Positions 22,578-32,035 of a DNA stretch of 64,000 nt are shown piece after piece (position 1 is the first letter of the stretch; every line of letters starts with the position of its first letter). The stretch spans positions 1,760,001 through 1,824,000 of the forward strand of contig CBDFJR010000005.1 in the NCBI GenBank assembly GCA_965248535.1. The letters run 5' to 3'. The notes below the pieces were generated by a model that was given only the letters and a program-made list of their open reading frames with translations, was not told where the DNA came from and ran no database searches. Made by a program: the position numbers and the translations under genes. This stretch comes from Phormidesmis sp. (lineage in GTDB: Bacteria > Cyanobacteriota > Cyanobacteriia > Leptolyngbyales > Leptolyngbyaceae).

Positions 22578-22785
22578 AATTGCTTTGTTGACCTACCGAA
22601 TTGCTTTGTTGACCCATCGAATCGCTTTGTTGACCTATCGAATCGCTTTGTTGACCTATCGAATCGCTTTGTTGACCTATCGAATTGCTTTGTTGACCTA
22701 CCGAATGGCTTTGTTGATCGTCAATTCAATATCTTCTCCGGTCAAATCGTTGTGTTAACCCGTCAAATCGTTGTGGTGACCTGTT
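22578..22785. repeat. 21-bp tandem repeat array (6 near-perfect units, 1 partial, 2 degenerate)
   Basis: Consensus AATYGCTTTGTTGACCTAYCG at 22578, 22599, 22620, 22641, 22662, 22683 and 22704 (partial); degenerate units at 22744 and 22765. Confidence 0.92.
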
Positions 22786-22979
22786 TCTATGAGGCATTCA
22801 CGAGGCATTTCCAAATTCTTATATGAAGGTTGAGGTTGAATAAAGCCGAAGCCTAATGGATTCTTTTCGACGAAATTTAAGGATTGAATGCGATCGAACC
22901 TCGACTTCTCCTAGTACGTCACAACTAGATTGCTAAGGAGAGCGATAGAATCATTAAGGACTAGTTCATTGCGTCCTCA

Positions 22980-25900
22980 ATGCCAAAGCGTGCCAGCCAA
23001 TCTAACAGCCCTGATGCGAAGTCTCTGAGTGATGACTTAGACACGATCGCTAAACCCTCAAGCCCCGCATCGCTCAACACGATTAGGGTGCGAGGTGCCA
23101 GACAGCATAATCTCAAGAACATCGACCTGGAGTTACCCCGCGATCGCTTGATCGTGTTTACCGGGGTGTCGGGTTCTGGGAAATCATCGCTGGCGTTTGA
23201 CACCATTTTTGCAGAAGGGCAACGTCGCTATGTAGAGTCCCTCAGCGCCTATGCACGGCAGTTTTTGGGACAAGTCGATAAACCTGATGTCGATGCGATC
23301 GAGGGCCTTAGCCCCGCGATCTCGATCGATCAAAAGTCCACGTCTCACAACCCGCGATCGACCGTCGGCACGGTGACAGAAATCTACGACTATCTGCGAC
23401 TGCTCTACGGACGAGCCGGGGAACCCCACTGTCCTCACTGCGATCGCTCGATCACGCCGCAAACCGTCGATCAGATGGTCGATCGCGTGATGGAATTGCC
23501 CGATCGGACTCGGTTTCAAGTTTTGGCTCCCGTCGTGCGCGGCAAAAAAGGCACCCATCGCAAAACGATTTCTAGCCTCAGCGCCGAGGGCTTTGTGCGA
23601 ATTCGGGTCGATGGCGAAGTGCGCGAACTGAGCGACTCGATCGAGCTAGACAAAAATCAACTGCACACGATCGAGATTGTCGTCGATCGGCTCGTCAAAA
23701 AAGAAGGCATCGAAGAGCGCCTCGTCGATTCCCTGACGACGTGCTTGAAGCACTCTAACGGCATCGCCATCATCGACTTGATCAAAGAAGACGCGACACC
23801 CAGCAACGTCGTCGATATCAAGTCTCAACAAACCCTCAAGGCGGCCGAAAAAGGCGGCACCTATCAGGTCGAAGAGCCAAAACCAGAGGCTCAACCTGCC
23901 GAACTGGTGTTTTCAGAAAACTTTGCTTGCCCTGAGCATGGCGCAGTCATGGAGGAACTTTCTCCCCGTCTGTTTTCGTTCAACTCTCCCTATGGTGCGT
24001 GTCCCAATTGCCACGGGTTGGGCAGTCACCGCAAGTTTTCGCCCGATCTCGTGATCCCCAATCCAAAATTGCCTGTTTATGCGGCGATCGCGCCCTGGTC
24101 AGACAAAGACAACACTTATTATTTGTCGCTAATTTGCAGCGTCGCCGATGCCTTTAAATTCGATATTCAAACCCCCTGGGAAAAACTCACGCCTGACCAG
24201 CAGCACGTCTTGCTGCACGGCTCTAAAGACCCGATTTGGATCGAAGCCGACTCTCGCTATCGAGAAAGCAAAGGCTATAACCGCCGCTATGAGGGCGCGC
24301 TGCCCCTGCTCGAACGGCAATATCAAGAAAGCTCGTCTGACCTCTATAAGCAGAAGTTAGAGCAATACTTAATCGACCAGCCCTGTGATGATTGTCACGG
24401 CAGACGACTTAAGCCCGAAGCCGTTGCGGTGCGCCTCGGACAGTTTCGGATCACCGATCTGACCAGCGTTTCGATTCGCGATTGTCTAGATCGAGTTACG
24501 AGTCTGGAGTTAACCGATCGCCAAGCTCAAATCGGCGATCTCGTCCTGCGAGAAATCAAGGCGCGGCTGCAATTCCTCCTCGATGTGGGATTGGACTATC
24601 TGACCATCGATCGCACTGCTATGACCCTCTCCGGCGGCGAAGCGCAACGCATTCGTCTAGCTACCCAGATCGGCGCGGGCTTAACCGGAGTGCTCTATGT
24701 TCTCGACGAGCCGAGTATCGGGCTGCACCAGCGCGACAATACCCGCTTGCTGAACACCTTGACCAAGCTAAGGGATCTCGGCAACACGCTGATCGTGGTT
24801 GAGCACGACGAAGAAACAATTCGGGCGGCGGATTATTTGGTGGATATCGGCCCCGGTGCAGGCGTGCATGGCGGGCGGATTGTGTCTCAGGGCGACTTAG
24901 AAACGCTGCTCAATGCCGAAGAATCGCTGACGGGAGCTTACTTGTCTAAACGGTTGTGCGTTCACACCCCCGCCGATCGCCGACCCGGAAATGGACGATC
25001 GCTCAAAATTCGCAGTGCCGCCCGCAATAATCTCAAGGAGATTGATGTCGATATTCCCCTCGGCAAACTGGTTTGCATCACGGGCGTGTCGGGGTCTGGC
25101 AAATCGACGCTGGTTAACGAGTTGCTCTATCCCGCCATTCAGCACCACTTTGGGCAAAAAATTCCCCAGCCGAGAGAGATGCAGCCCGTCGAAGGGCTAA
25201 ACGGACTCGATAAAGCGATCGTGATTGATCAATCCCCGATCGGGCGCACTCCGCGATCAAATCCTGCCACTTACACAGGCGTGTTTGACGTGATTCGGGA
25301 TATTTTTACCGAGACGATCGAGGCAAAAGCCAGAGGCTACAAACCGGGGCAATTCTCGTTTAACGTCAAAGGCGGACGCTGTGAAGCGTGCAGTGGTCAA
25401 GGCGTAAACGTGATCGAGATGAATTTCTTGCCCGATGTCTATGTGCAGTGCGAAGTCTGCAAAGGTGCGAGATACAACCGCGATACGCTACAGGTGAAGT
25501 TTAAAGGCAAGTCGATCGCCGATGTCTTAGCCATGACCGTTGAGGAAGCAGCAGAATTCTTTAAAAACATCCCTCAAGCGTCTGCGCGTCTGCAAACATT
25601 AGCTGATGTGGGTCTAGGCTATATGCGACTCGGACAAACTGCCCCAACTCTCTCTGGCGGCGAAGCCCAGCGCGTCAAACTCGCCACCGAACTTTCTCGC
25701 CGCGCCACGGGCAAAACTCTCTACCTGATTGACGAACCGACTACCGGACTATCGTTCTATGACGTTCACAAGCTGTTAGACGTGGTGCAGCGTCTCGTAG
25801 ATAAAGGTAACTCCGTCCTCGTGATCGAACACAACATGGATGTGATTCGCTGCTCAGACTGGATTATTGATCTGGGGCCGGAAGGCGGTAATTTAGGCGG

Positions 25901-26015
25901 CGAAATTGTGGCGATCGGGACTCCCGAAGAGGTGGCAAAAAATCCCGCTTCTTACACCGGGCAATATCTCAAGCACGTTCTAGAACAATATCCGGTGGCT
26001 CCGGTTACGGCTTAA
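22980..26015 (+). CDS. uvrA: excinuclease ABC subunit A
   Basis: Two GVSGSGKS Walker A motifs, two LSGGEAQR signatures and Zn fingers. Confidence 0.99.
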   Translation: MPKRASQSNSPDAKSLSDDLDTIAKPSSPASLNTIRVRGARQHNLKNIDLELPRDRLIVFTGVSGSGKSSLAFDTIFAEGQRRYVESLSAYARQFLGQVDKPDVDAIEGLSPAISIDQKSTSHNPRSTVGTVTEIYDYLRLLYGRAGEPHCPHCDRSITPQTVDQMVDRVMELPDRTRFQVLAPVVRGKKGTHRKTISSLSAEGFVRIRVDGEVRELSDSIELDKNQLHTIEIVVDRLVKKEGIEERLVDSLTTCLKHSNGIAIIDLIKEDATPSNVVDIKSQQTLKAAEKGGTYQVEEPKPEAQPAELVFSENFACPEHGAVMEELSPRLFSFNSPYGACPNCHGLGSHRKFSPDLVIPNPKLPVYAAIAPWSDKDNTYYLSLICSVADAFKFDIQTPWEKLTPDQQHVLLHGSKDPIWIEADSRYRESKGYNRRYEGALPLLERQYQESSSDLYKQKLEQYLIDQPCDDCHGRRLKPEAVAVRLGQFRITDLTSVSIRDCLDRVTSLELTDRQAQIGDLVLREIKARLQFLLDVGLDYLTIDRTAMTLSGGEAQRIRLATQIGAGLTGVLYVLDEPSIGLHQRDNTRLLNTLTKLRDLGNTLIVVEHDEETIRAADYLVDIGPGAGVHGGRIVSQGDLETLLNAEESLTGAYLSKRLCVHTPADRRPGNGRSLKIRSAARNNLKEIDVDIPLGKLVCITGVSGSGKSTLVNELLYPAIQHHFGQKIPQPREMQPVEGLNGLDKAIVIDQSPIGRTPRSNPATYTGVFDVIRDIFTETIEAKARGYKPGQFSFNVKGGRCEACSGQGVNVIEMNFLPDVYVQCEVCKGARYNRDTLQVKFKGKSIADVLAMTVEEAAEFFKNIPQASARLQTLADVGLGYMRLGQTAPTLSGGEAQRVKLATELSRRATGKTLYLIDEPTTGLSFYDVHKLLDVVQRLVDKGNSVLVIEHNMDVIRCSDWIIDLGPEGGNLGGEIVAIGTPEEVAKNPASYTGQYLKHVLEQYPVAPVTA

Positions 26016-26075
26016 GACGGGGGAGCTGATCGGGATTAGTCGCTAAACTTCAGCTAGCCCTTATCCTCCACCTCC

Positions 26076-26924
26076 ATGCTCGAAACCTGGCAACACGACT
26101 GCATTCACACCAACGGCATCAACCTGCACTATGTGACCCAAGGCGAAGGCCCCCTGATGCTGATGCTGCACGGATTTCCTGAATTTTGGTATTCGTGGCG
26201 CAAGCAGATTCCTGAATTTGCCCAAGATCACAAAGTGGTTGCGATCGACCTGCGCGGCTATAACGACAGCGACAAACCTGCTGATAAAGAAGCCTATGGG
26301 ATGGCTGAGTTGATCGCCGATGTCAAAGGCGTGATTGAAGGCTTGGGCTACGAGCGCTGCATTTTAGTCGGGCATGACTGGGGAGGCACGATCGCCTGGA
26401 ACTTCGTCTACGCCTACCCCAATTTGGTTCAAAAGCTGGTCATTCTCAACATGCCTCACCCGGCCAAATTTGCTGAAGGGCTTCGCACGCCTCGGCAGCT
26501 TCTTCGCAGTTTTTATATCTTCTTATTTCAGCTTCCGATCGTCCCAGAAATGCTGATTCAACTGGATGACTATCGAGCGATCGGGGCGGCATTTTTAGGC
26601 ATGGCCGTAGACAAAACCGCCTTCAGTCAGCAGGATATTGAGGCTTATAAAAATGCGTTTGCCAAGCGCGGCGCAGTCACGGCTGCCCTCAACTACTACC
26701 GCAATCTGTTTAAACAAGGGCTGACCAGCCAAGACTGGAGCATCTTAGACGTGCCGACTCTGATGATTTGGGGCGAAAGCGACACTGCCCTGGGCAAAGA
26801 ATTGACCTACGGCACAGAAGCTTACGTGCGCGACTTTCAGATCAAATACATCCCCAACTGTAGCCATTGGGTTCAGCAAGAACAGCCACAACTCGTCAAT
26901 CAATACATCCGCGAGTTTTTGTAG
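26076..26924 (+). CDS. alpha/beta hydrolase, epoxide hydrolase-like
   Basis: HGFPEFWYSW, GHDWGG (Asp nucleophile) and CSHWVQQE. Confidence 0.92.
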   Translation: MLETWQHDCIHTNGINLHYVTQGEGPLMLMLHGFPEFWYSWRKQIPEFAQDHKVVAIDLRGYNDSDKPADKEAYGMAELIADVKGVIEGLGYERCILVGHDWGGTIAWNFVYAYPNLVQKLVILNMPHPAKFAEGLRTPRQLLRSFYIFLFQLPIVPEMLIQLDDYRAIGAAFLGMAVDKTAFSQQDIEAYKNAFAKRGAVTAALNYYRNLFKQGLTSQDWSILDVPTLMIWGESDTALGKELTYGTEAYVRDFQIKYIPNCSHWVQQEQPQLVNQYIREFL

Positions 26925-26977
26925 CTCTACCATCCCCCACGGGGGACTCATCTCAATCCCCATAATCCACAATTTTG

Positions 26978-27304
26978 CTAAGCGATCGCGAGGGCAGGAA
27001 TAGCTATTTCTTCAGATTTGGGGAGCACCTCAAAGACCTCATCCATCCCCGTCAGTTCTAACAGCATTCTGACTTGCTCACTCACCGAGCAGAGAAAGAG
27101 CCGCTTGTTTGCTTTACGAACCCGCTTATAAACCATCACTAAAGCCATCAACCCGTGGCTGCTCGTAGACTCAACCATGCCAAAGTCTATCAGCACCACG
27201 TCAGCGTCAGCCTGAAGCGCCAAGTCAGTGTGGTGATGAAACTGAGCGATCGAGCCATCGTCGATCGAGGCAGGAAACTTGACGGTTTTGGTTAAAAAAT
27301 CCAT
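26978..27304 (-). CDS. STAS-domain anti-sigma factor antagonist
   Basis: VVLIDFGMVESTSSHGLMALV...LFLCSVSEQVRMLLELTGMDEVFE. Confidence 0.85.
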   Translation of the reverse strand: MDFLTKTVKFPASIDDGSIAQFHHHTDLALQADADVVLIDFGMVESTSSHGLMALVMVYKRVRKANKRLFLCSVSEQVRMLLELTGMDEVFEVLPKSEEIAIPALAIA

Positions 27305-28108
27305 ATGATTCTACCTTTTTACTAGGCTAAACTTCACAAAACTAAACATCTAGCCCCCTATTAATAGCAGGTTCGATGCCATAAAGTACAGAAAAAATAA
27401 CTAAGTATCCTACCTTAGACCTTCGCAGATTTCAGAATAGAAGTCTGATAAGTAGCTAACAAAACCCAGCCAAAACTCATTCTTAACCTTTGATTAATCC
27501 CTGTTATCGATGACATTAAAGGGTTTTTCATCGCCCATTCATCTGTCCTGAGAAAGAAAATTTTGGGTGCATGAAGACACGTTTGATGTCCATAAATCAC
27601 GCGGCTAGCTCTGTCTTCTAGCGTTTAATGCTTCTGGCACCGAGACCTATCAGGCTCTTTGACAGAAATTTGCTGAGAGCGATCGCCCTAGCAGCGTTTT
27701 GTAAAAACCCAGAGATACAAACTATTTCAACGGTTTGTAGTTTAAGTTACCTTTTACCTCTATTTCATTGATCTCACCAGAAGCCGCGACTTTTCTGACT
27801 AAGAGACTTCCCATTCAAACATAGGAACCTGTGCTTTTTCTAGCTTAGAAATTTGCTCAAACTTGCCGCTGTTAACAAACAGCAACTCTAGAAAAGGTAG
27901 CTAATCGTTGAGGCCTAAAGGACTTTAGAAACTTAACAATGCGGGCTTGTTTTAGTCTTGATGTTGGCCCGATCGCAGCTTTCGCCCATCCTTCAGCGCT
28001 TTTTAACGACGTGGATTATCTAAAATTCAGATTTTATAGGTGTGACAGTGCCCATTGCCCACGAGACGGGCAAGTTGGAGGCTGATAAACTCTCTGGTCA
28101 CGATCGCT

Positions 28109-28576
28109 CTAACGGTTCTTCAGCGCTCGCTGCATATCTCGCTGATCGTCACGTTTCTTAATATCTTCTCGCTTGTCGTAGAGCTTCTTGCCTCGCGCCA
28201 GCCCGATATCGACCTTGACCCAACCCCGTTTCATATACATCTTGAGGGGCACGAGCGTTAACCCTTGCTGCTCGACTCTGCCCAGCAGCTTGCGAATCTC
28301 TGCCCGATGAAGTAGGAGCTTGCGAGAGCGACGAGGGTCGTGATTAAAAAATTGGCTAGCCGTTCTATGGGGAGAAACATGCACGTTGAGCAGCATCACC
28401 TCCCCATCTCGAATCAGAGCAAAGCCATCTCTGAGGTTGACCTTGCCCTCTCGAATCGATTTGACCTCAGTTCCGACTAGCTCAATGCCAGCCTCATAGG
28501 TCTCCAGAATCTCATACTGGAAGCGCGCATGGCGGTTGTCGCTGATAAGTTTGAAACTTTCACTCTTTTCACTCAT
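28109..28576 (-). CDS. smpB: SsrA-binding protein
   Basis: [22 protein letters not shown] and GKKLYDKRE. Confidence 0.98.
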   Translation of the reverse strand: MSEKSESFKLISDNRHARFQYEILETYEAGIELVGTEVKSIREGKVNLRDGFALIRDGEVMLLNVHVSPHRTASQFFNHDPRRSRKLLLHRAEIRKLLGRVEQQGLTLVPLKMYMKRGWVKVDIGLARGKKLYDKREDIKKRDDQRDMQRALKNR

Positions 28577-28601
28577 TTTTTTATCTTAAACGGTCAGATC
28601 C

Positions 28602-28661
28602 TAAAAAAAATGTCCCCGGAGGTCAGTGGGGACATTGCCTAAGGAGTGATGAAACAGAGAT
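28602..28661 (-). ncRNA. candidate ~60-nt small RNA or attenuated smpB leader
   Basis: On the minus strand: a TTGACA-16-TATTCT promoter, then ATCTCTGTTTCATCACTCCTTAGGC, then hairpin AATGTCCCC/GGGGACATT whose 3' arm runs into an 8-T tract. Confidence 0.6.
28603..28636 (-). terminator. intrinsic terminator ~25 nt upstream of the smpB start
   Basis: Perfect 9-bp stem (28609-28617 with 28628-28636); 8-U tract on the minus strand (28603-28610), whose first two U are part of the stem. Confidence 0.8.
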
Positions 28662-28667
28662 AGTACA

Positions 28668-28695
28668 AGAATACTGCTAAAAGCGAATCTGTCAA
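28668..28695 (-). promoter_or_regulatory. sigma70-type promoter
   Basis: -35 TTGACA (28695-28690), 16-nt spacer, -10 TATTCT (28673-28668). Confidence 0.65.
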
Positions 28696-28916
28696 CCCAG
28701 TTGTCTGGTTAGTGATCTGGTGGGGACGATCGTAAATAAAGCCATCATTTAGCCCTCAAAAAACGGTGAAAACTACAACAAGTTAGCCCTTTTGAGATGA
28801 CTTCTAAAGGCAGATCGATAGAATTTTATTCTGAGTTAGCAAATCATAAAGTTCCTCAACTAAACCCAACTTCCTAGCAACAAAGAATGTAACAGTCAAT
28901 TAATAAAAATAAAAAG

Positions 28917-28930
28917 GTATTCTACTATAC
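28917..28930 (+). promoter_or_regulatory. NtcA-binding site upstream of amt
   Basis: GTA-TTCTACTA-TAC (GTA-N8-TAC) preceded by an A tract; amt genes are established NtcA targets. Confidence 0.7.
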
Positions 28931-29001
28931 AGAATTAACTGGTGTAAAACTGTGGAATTCAATGATATCAATCAGGTTCGGTCATAGCCGAATTAGAGTT
29001 C

Positions 29002-30447
29002 TTGGCGTTGAGGGTTGAAAGTCCAGTGTTGAATAAAATCTTAATGACGGGGCTGGCAGCGCTAGCACTGCTGAATGGTCCTTTGATTTCAAGTGCCTTG
29101 GCTGCTGATGATCCGATCAAAGTCGCGACAGATGCAGCGGCAGCAGCCCAAGTTTCGGGAGACACGGCATTCATGCTGATCTCGTCAGCCCTCGTGTTGT
29201 TGATGACTCCTGGGCTGGCCTTTTTCTACGGCGGCTTTGTCAGAACGCGCAACGTCCTCAACACCATGATGATGAGCTTCATTCTCATGGGCATTGTGGG
29301 CACCTCCTGGATCTTGTGGGGCTATAGCCTTGCATTTGCCCCAGGAACGCCATTTATCGGCGGCTTGCAGTGGTTGTTCTTAAACGGGGTTGGGTTAGAC
29401 ACAACCGACTACCTCAAAGGCACTCCACCAGATGCAGTCGTGTCTTATGCGGCGACCATTCCCCACCAAGCGTTCATGATTTATCAGGCAATGTTTGCCA
29501 TCATCACCCCGGCGCTGATTTCTGGGGCGATCGTTGAGCGCGTGAGCTTTAAGGCTTATTTCTGGTTTATCGTGATCTGGTCTAGCGTTCTCTACCCAAT
29601 TTTTGCTCACATGGTTTGGGCAAAGGGTGGTTTCCTTGGCTTGTATGGTGGCATCGGTGCCCTAGACTTTGCAGGCGGAACTGTGGTGCACATTAGCTCT
29701 GGCGTTTCGGCACTGGTAGCAGCTTGGGTGATTGGCCCTCGCAAAACCTATCCGAGTCAGCCTGCTGCGCCCCACAACGTGCCCTTTATTTTGCTAGGCG
29801 CGGGCTTGCTGTGGTTTGGCTGGTTTGGCTTTAACGCTGGAAGTGCGCTAGCGTCTGGCTCTCTAGCAACGGTGGCGTTTGTGGCGACTAACACAGCGAC
29901 GGCGGCAGCGGCTCTGATGTGGGTGATTTTAGAATGGGTGCTGCGCGGCAAGCCAACAGCCGTTGGCATCGCGACGGGTGCAGTTGCAGGTTTGGTGGGC
30001 GTAACGCCTGCTGCCGGGTTTGTGACCCCCATTGGCGCACTGCTGATTGGGGCGATCACTGCAACGGTCTGTTTCTTTGCGGTCAGCCTAAAGGCAAAGC
30101 TGCAATTTGATGATTCCTTAGACACCTTCCCAGTTCACGGGGTGGGCGGCACGACGGGCGCGCTCTTAACTGGGCTTTTCGCGACCAAAGCGGTGAACTC
30201 GGCGGGGGGCGACGGCTTGTTTTATGGCAATCCGGGTCAGGTGGTGACTCAGCTAATCGCGATCGTGATCACCTATTTGATCGCCGGGATCGGTACGTTT
30301 GTGATTCTCAAGGCTCTTGATGCCACGATCGGGCTGCGGGTCAAGCCAGAGGTTGAATATGACGGGTTAGATATCAGTGAACACGGCGAAGAAGGCTATG
30401 GCGAGGAGATGTCTTCTGGCTTGAGCTTGACTCGAAGTGAATCTTAG
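29002..30447 (+). CDS. amt: ammonium transporter (Amt family)
   Basis: LLMTPGLAFFYGG, DFAGGTVVHISSG, LLWFGWFGFNAGS and DDSLDTFPVHG. The true start may be ~29026. Confidence 0.97.
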   Translation: MALRVESPVLNKILMTGLAALALLNGPLISSALAADDPIKVATDAAAAAQVSGDTAFMLISSALVLLMTPGLAFFYGGFVRTRNVLNTMMMSFILMGIVGTSWILWGYSLAFAPGTPFIGGLQWLFLNGVGLDTTDYLKGTPPDAVVSYAATIPHQAFMIYQAMFAIITPALISGAIVERVSFKAYFWFIVIWSSVLYPIFAHMVWAKGGFLGLYGGIGALDFAGGTVVHISSGVSALVAAWVIGPRKTYPSQPAAPHNVPFILLGAGLLWFGWFGFNAGSALASGSLATVAFVATNTATAAAALMWVILEWVLRGKPTAVGIATGAVAGLVGVTPAAGFVTPIGALLIGAITATVCFFAVSLKAKLQFDDSLDTFPVHGVGGTTGALLTGLFATKAVNSAGGDGLFYGNPGQVVTQLIAIVITYLIAGIGTFVILKALDATIGLRVKPEVEYDGLDISEHGEEGYGEEMSSGLSLTRSES

Positions 30448-30480
30448 ACGCTCTGGCTTTTAAGCCGGAGGCTGATTAAA

Positions 30481-30538
30481 ATCAAAGGCTCCAGAGGGTG
30501 ACTCTCGGTTGAGAAGGGTCAGATCTGGAGCCTTTGAT
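30481..30538. terminator. long hairpin between convergent amt and the petN unit
   Basis: Perfect 15-bp arms ATCAAAGGCTCCAGA...TCTGGAGCCTTTGAT. Confidence 0.7.
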
Positions 30539-30552
30539 TAGTTTAAAAGAGG

Positions 30553-30687
30553 TTATTTTCCTCTGGCTTTTTCTTGTCGGCGGCGATCGCGCCAATCACT
30601 TAGAGTCAGGTAGGCAATTCCACCCGTGACGATAATCAACAACCCAAATGCGACCACTACAAGAATGCTAAATTCTGTTGATTCCAC
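30553..30687 (-). CDS. 44-aa single-TM small protein downstream of petN
   Basis: GTG start; MESTEFSILVVVAFGLLIIVTGGIAYLTLSDWRDRRRQEKARGK* (TM helix followed by a basic tail); 17 nt after the petN stop. Confidence 0.75.
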   Translation of the reverse strand: MESTEFSILVVVAFGLLIIVTGGIAYLTLSDWRDRRRQEKARGK

Positions 30688-30704
30688 AGTGCCCCCAGCG
30701 TTGT

Positions 30705-30794
30705 TTAGAAGCCGTTGCGACCCCAGATGACCATTGAAATTGAGAATGTAAACACCGCCAGCATTGAAACCCAGCCCAACGTCAAAATATCCAT
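30705..30794 (-). CDS. petN: cytochrome b6f subunit VIII
   Basis: Translated by hand: [29 protein letters not shown]. Confidence 0.96.
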   Translation of the reverse strand: MDILTLGWVSMLAVFTFSISMVIWGRNGF

Positions 30795-30892
30795 AGCAAT
30801 AGTAAAAACATTACGAAAGGATGCTAATCACTATCATAATTCAAAGGCGTGATAGCTTTACTTTGGGTTTGAGAATCGCCCGTGCAGATTGA

Positions 30893-31345
30893 ATGGATTC
30901 AGACATGATGTTGGCAGAGCGGATCGAGTCAATTAAGTCGGGAGTGGTGGCTTCTCTATCGGTGGCGATCGCGTTTTGTGGCGCATCTTTGCTCAACCGT
31001 CTGATCTTGGCGACTCGGTTTGAGCCGTTGGCGGGGTTGCAAATGTCGGCGATCGGGGTCAGTTTTTTGGTGAGTGGCGCGATCGCCGCGATCGCGGGCG
31101 GGTTGTTTGGCATCACCTATCGCTATGTGGTGCGGCAAGATCAAAACTCGCACCTCAAATCAGGGGCGGTCTTAGCCTTTGGGCTGGTGCGCGGGCTGGC
31201 GCAGATTGATGTCGGCGTGATGACTCAAGGAAGTTTGTTGCCGTTTGTCGTGCTGGCCCTAGAAAGTGTTTTACTCTTCGCGGTGGCTCGTGTGGTGCTC
31301 GATCGCACCATGCGTAATGGGTGGGTGAGACCCTTCAAATCTTGA
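30893..31345 (+). CDS. conserved hypothetical membrane protein
   Basis: ERIESIKSG...LFGITYRYVVRQDQNSHLKSGAVLAFGLVRGLAQ; several TM helices. Confidence 0.82.
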   Translation: MDSDMMLAERIESIKSGVVASLSVAIAFCGASLLNRLILATRFEPLAGLQMSAIGVSFLVSGAIAAIAGGLFGITYRYVVRQDQNSHLKSGAVLAFGLVRGLAQIDVGVMTQGSLLPFVVLALESVLLFAVARVVLDRTMRNGWVRPFKS

Positions 31346-31357
31346 GCAGATTTAGAG

Positions 31358-32023
31358 TTAAAGGGTGAATTCTTCAACGGCTGCATTGCCGTAGATCTGG
31401 GTGCGATCGACCGCTGAGAAGATTTTGTTATTGGCCCGATCGCTCCCTAAACAACGGCAAACCAAGTCTGCCACATCAGCCCGGTGAATGGTTCCCGCAA
31501 TGGTGGGATCTTCGGTGAGTATCCCATTTCCGGTCGCAGGTTCAGACTTTAAGCCGCCCGGTCGGATGATCGTGTAGGTCAATCCACTAGACATCAAATA
31601 GTGCTCGGCTTTTTCTTTTTCTGCCAACACGTCTTTTAAAGCTTCAAAGGCTTGGGGCGGCAGAGCAGCGGCGCTTTCACCACTCCCGATCGAGGTGACT
31701 AAAATAAATCGTTTTACGCCCGCTTTGACGGCCGCATCGATCAGATTTTTGTTGCCCCGATAGTCAGCGCGATCGCCATCTTTAGGCTTGCCGCCGATCG
31801 TGCTAATCACTGTTTCGATCGGGCTTCCTGCCAAGGCTTGATCGATTTGTTCGGGATAGAGGGCATCTCCGATCGCCGTTTTAACCCCCATTGTCTGCAC
31901 CTCAGCCGCCACCGATGCTGATCTTAAGAACGCTTTGATCATCGAACGATCGACCAGCAGCGCTTTGAGAATCTCTCGCCCGATTCCCTGGCTTGCCCCA
32001 GCTAAAAAAATGTGATGTGACAT
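31358..32023 (-). CDS. atypical SDR / NAD(P)H-binding oxidoreductase
   Basis: AGASQGIG, GNKNLIDAA and YTIIRPGGL. Confidence 0.88.
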   Translation of the reverse strand: MSHHIFLAGASQGIGREILKALLVDRSMIKAFLRSASVAAEVQTMGVKTAIGDALYPEQIDQALAGSPIETVISTIGGKPKDGDRADYRGNKNLIDAAVKAGVKRFILVTSIGSGESAAALPPQAFEALKDVLAEKEKAEHYLMSSGLTYTIIRPGGLKSEPATGNGILTEDPTIAGTIHRADVADLVCRCLGSDRANNKIFSAVDRTQIYGNAAVEEFTL

Positions 32024-32035
32024 CGTTACCGTTAC

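Noticed and set aside
22578..22724. CRISPR array
   Set aside because: The 21-bp units are contiguous with no unique spacers, and there are no cas genes in the window.
27415..27600. 61-aa ORF in the long intergenic region
   Set aside because: Non-ATG start, no motif and AT-rich context; probably spurious.
28641..28663. Plus-strand mini-ORF AAGGAG-tg-ATG AAA CAG AGA TAG (MKQR)
   Set aside because: The SD spacing is too short, and the promoter and terminator face the minus strand; it is better explained as the complement of the sRNA seed.
28109..28700. tmRNA (ssrA) or tRNA next to smpB
   Set aside because: No tRNA-like ends, T-arm/CCA or tag reading frame were found.
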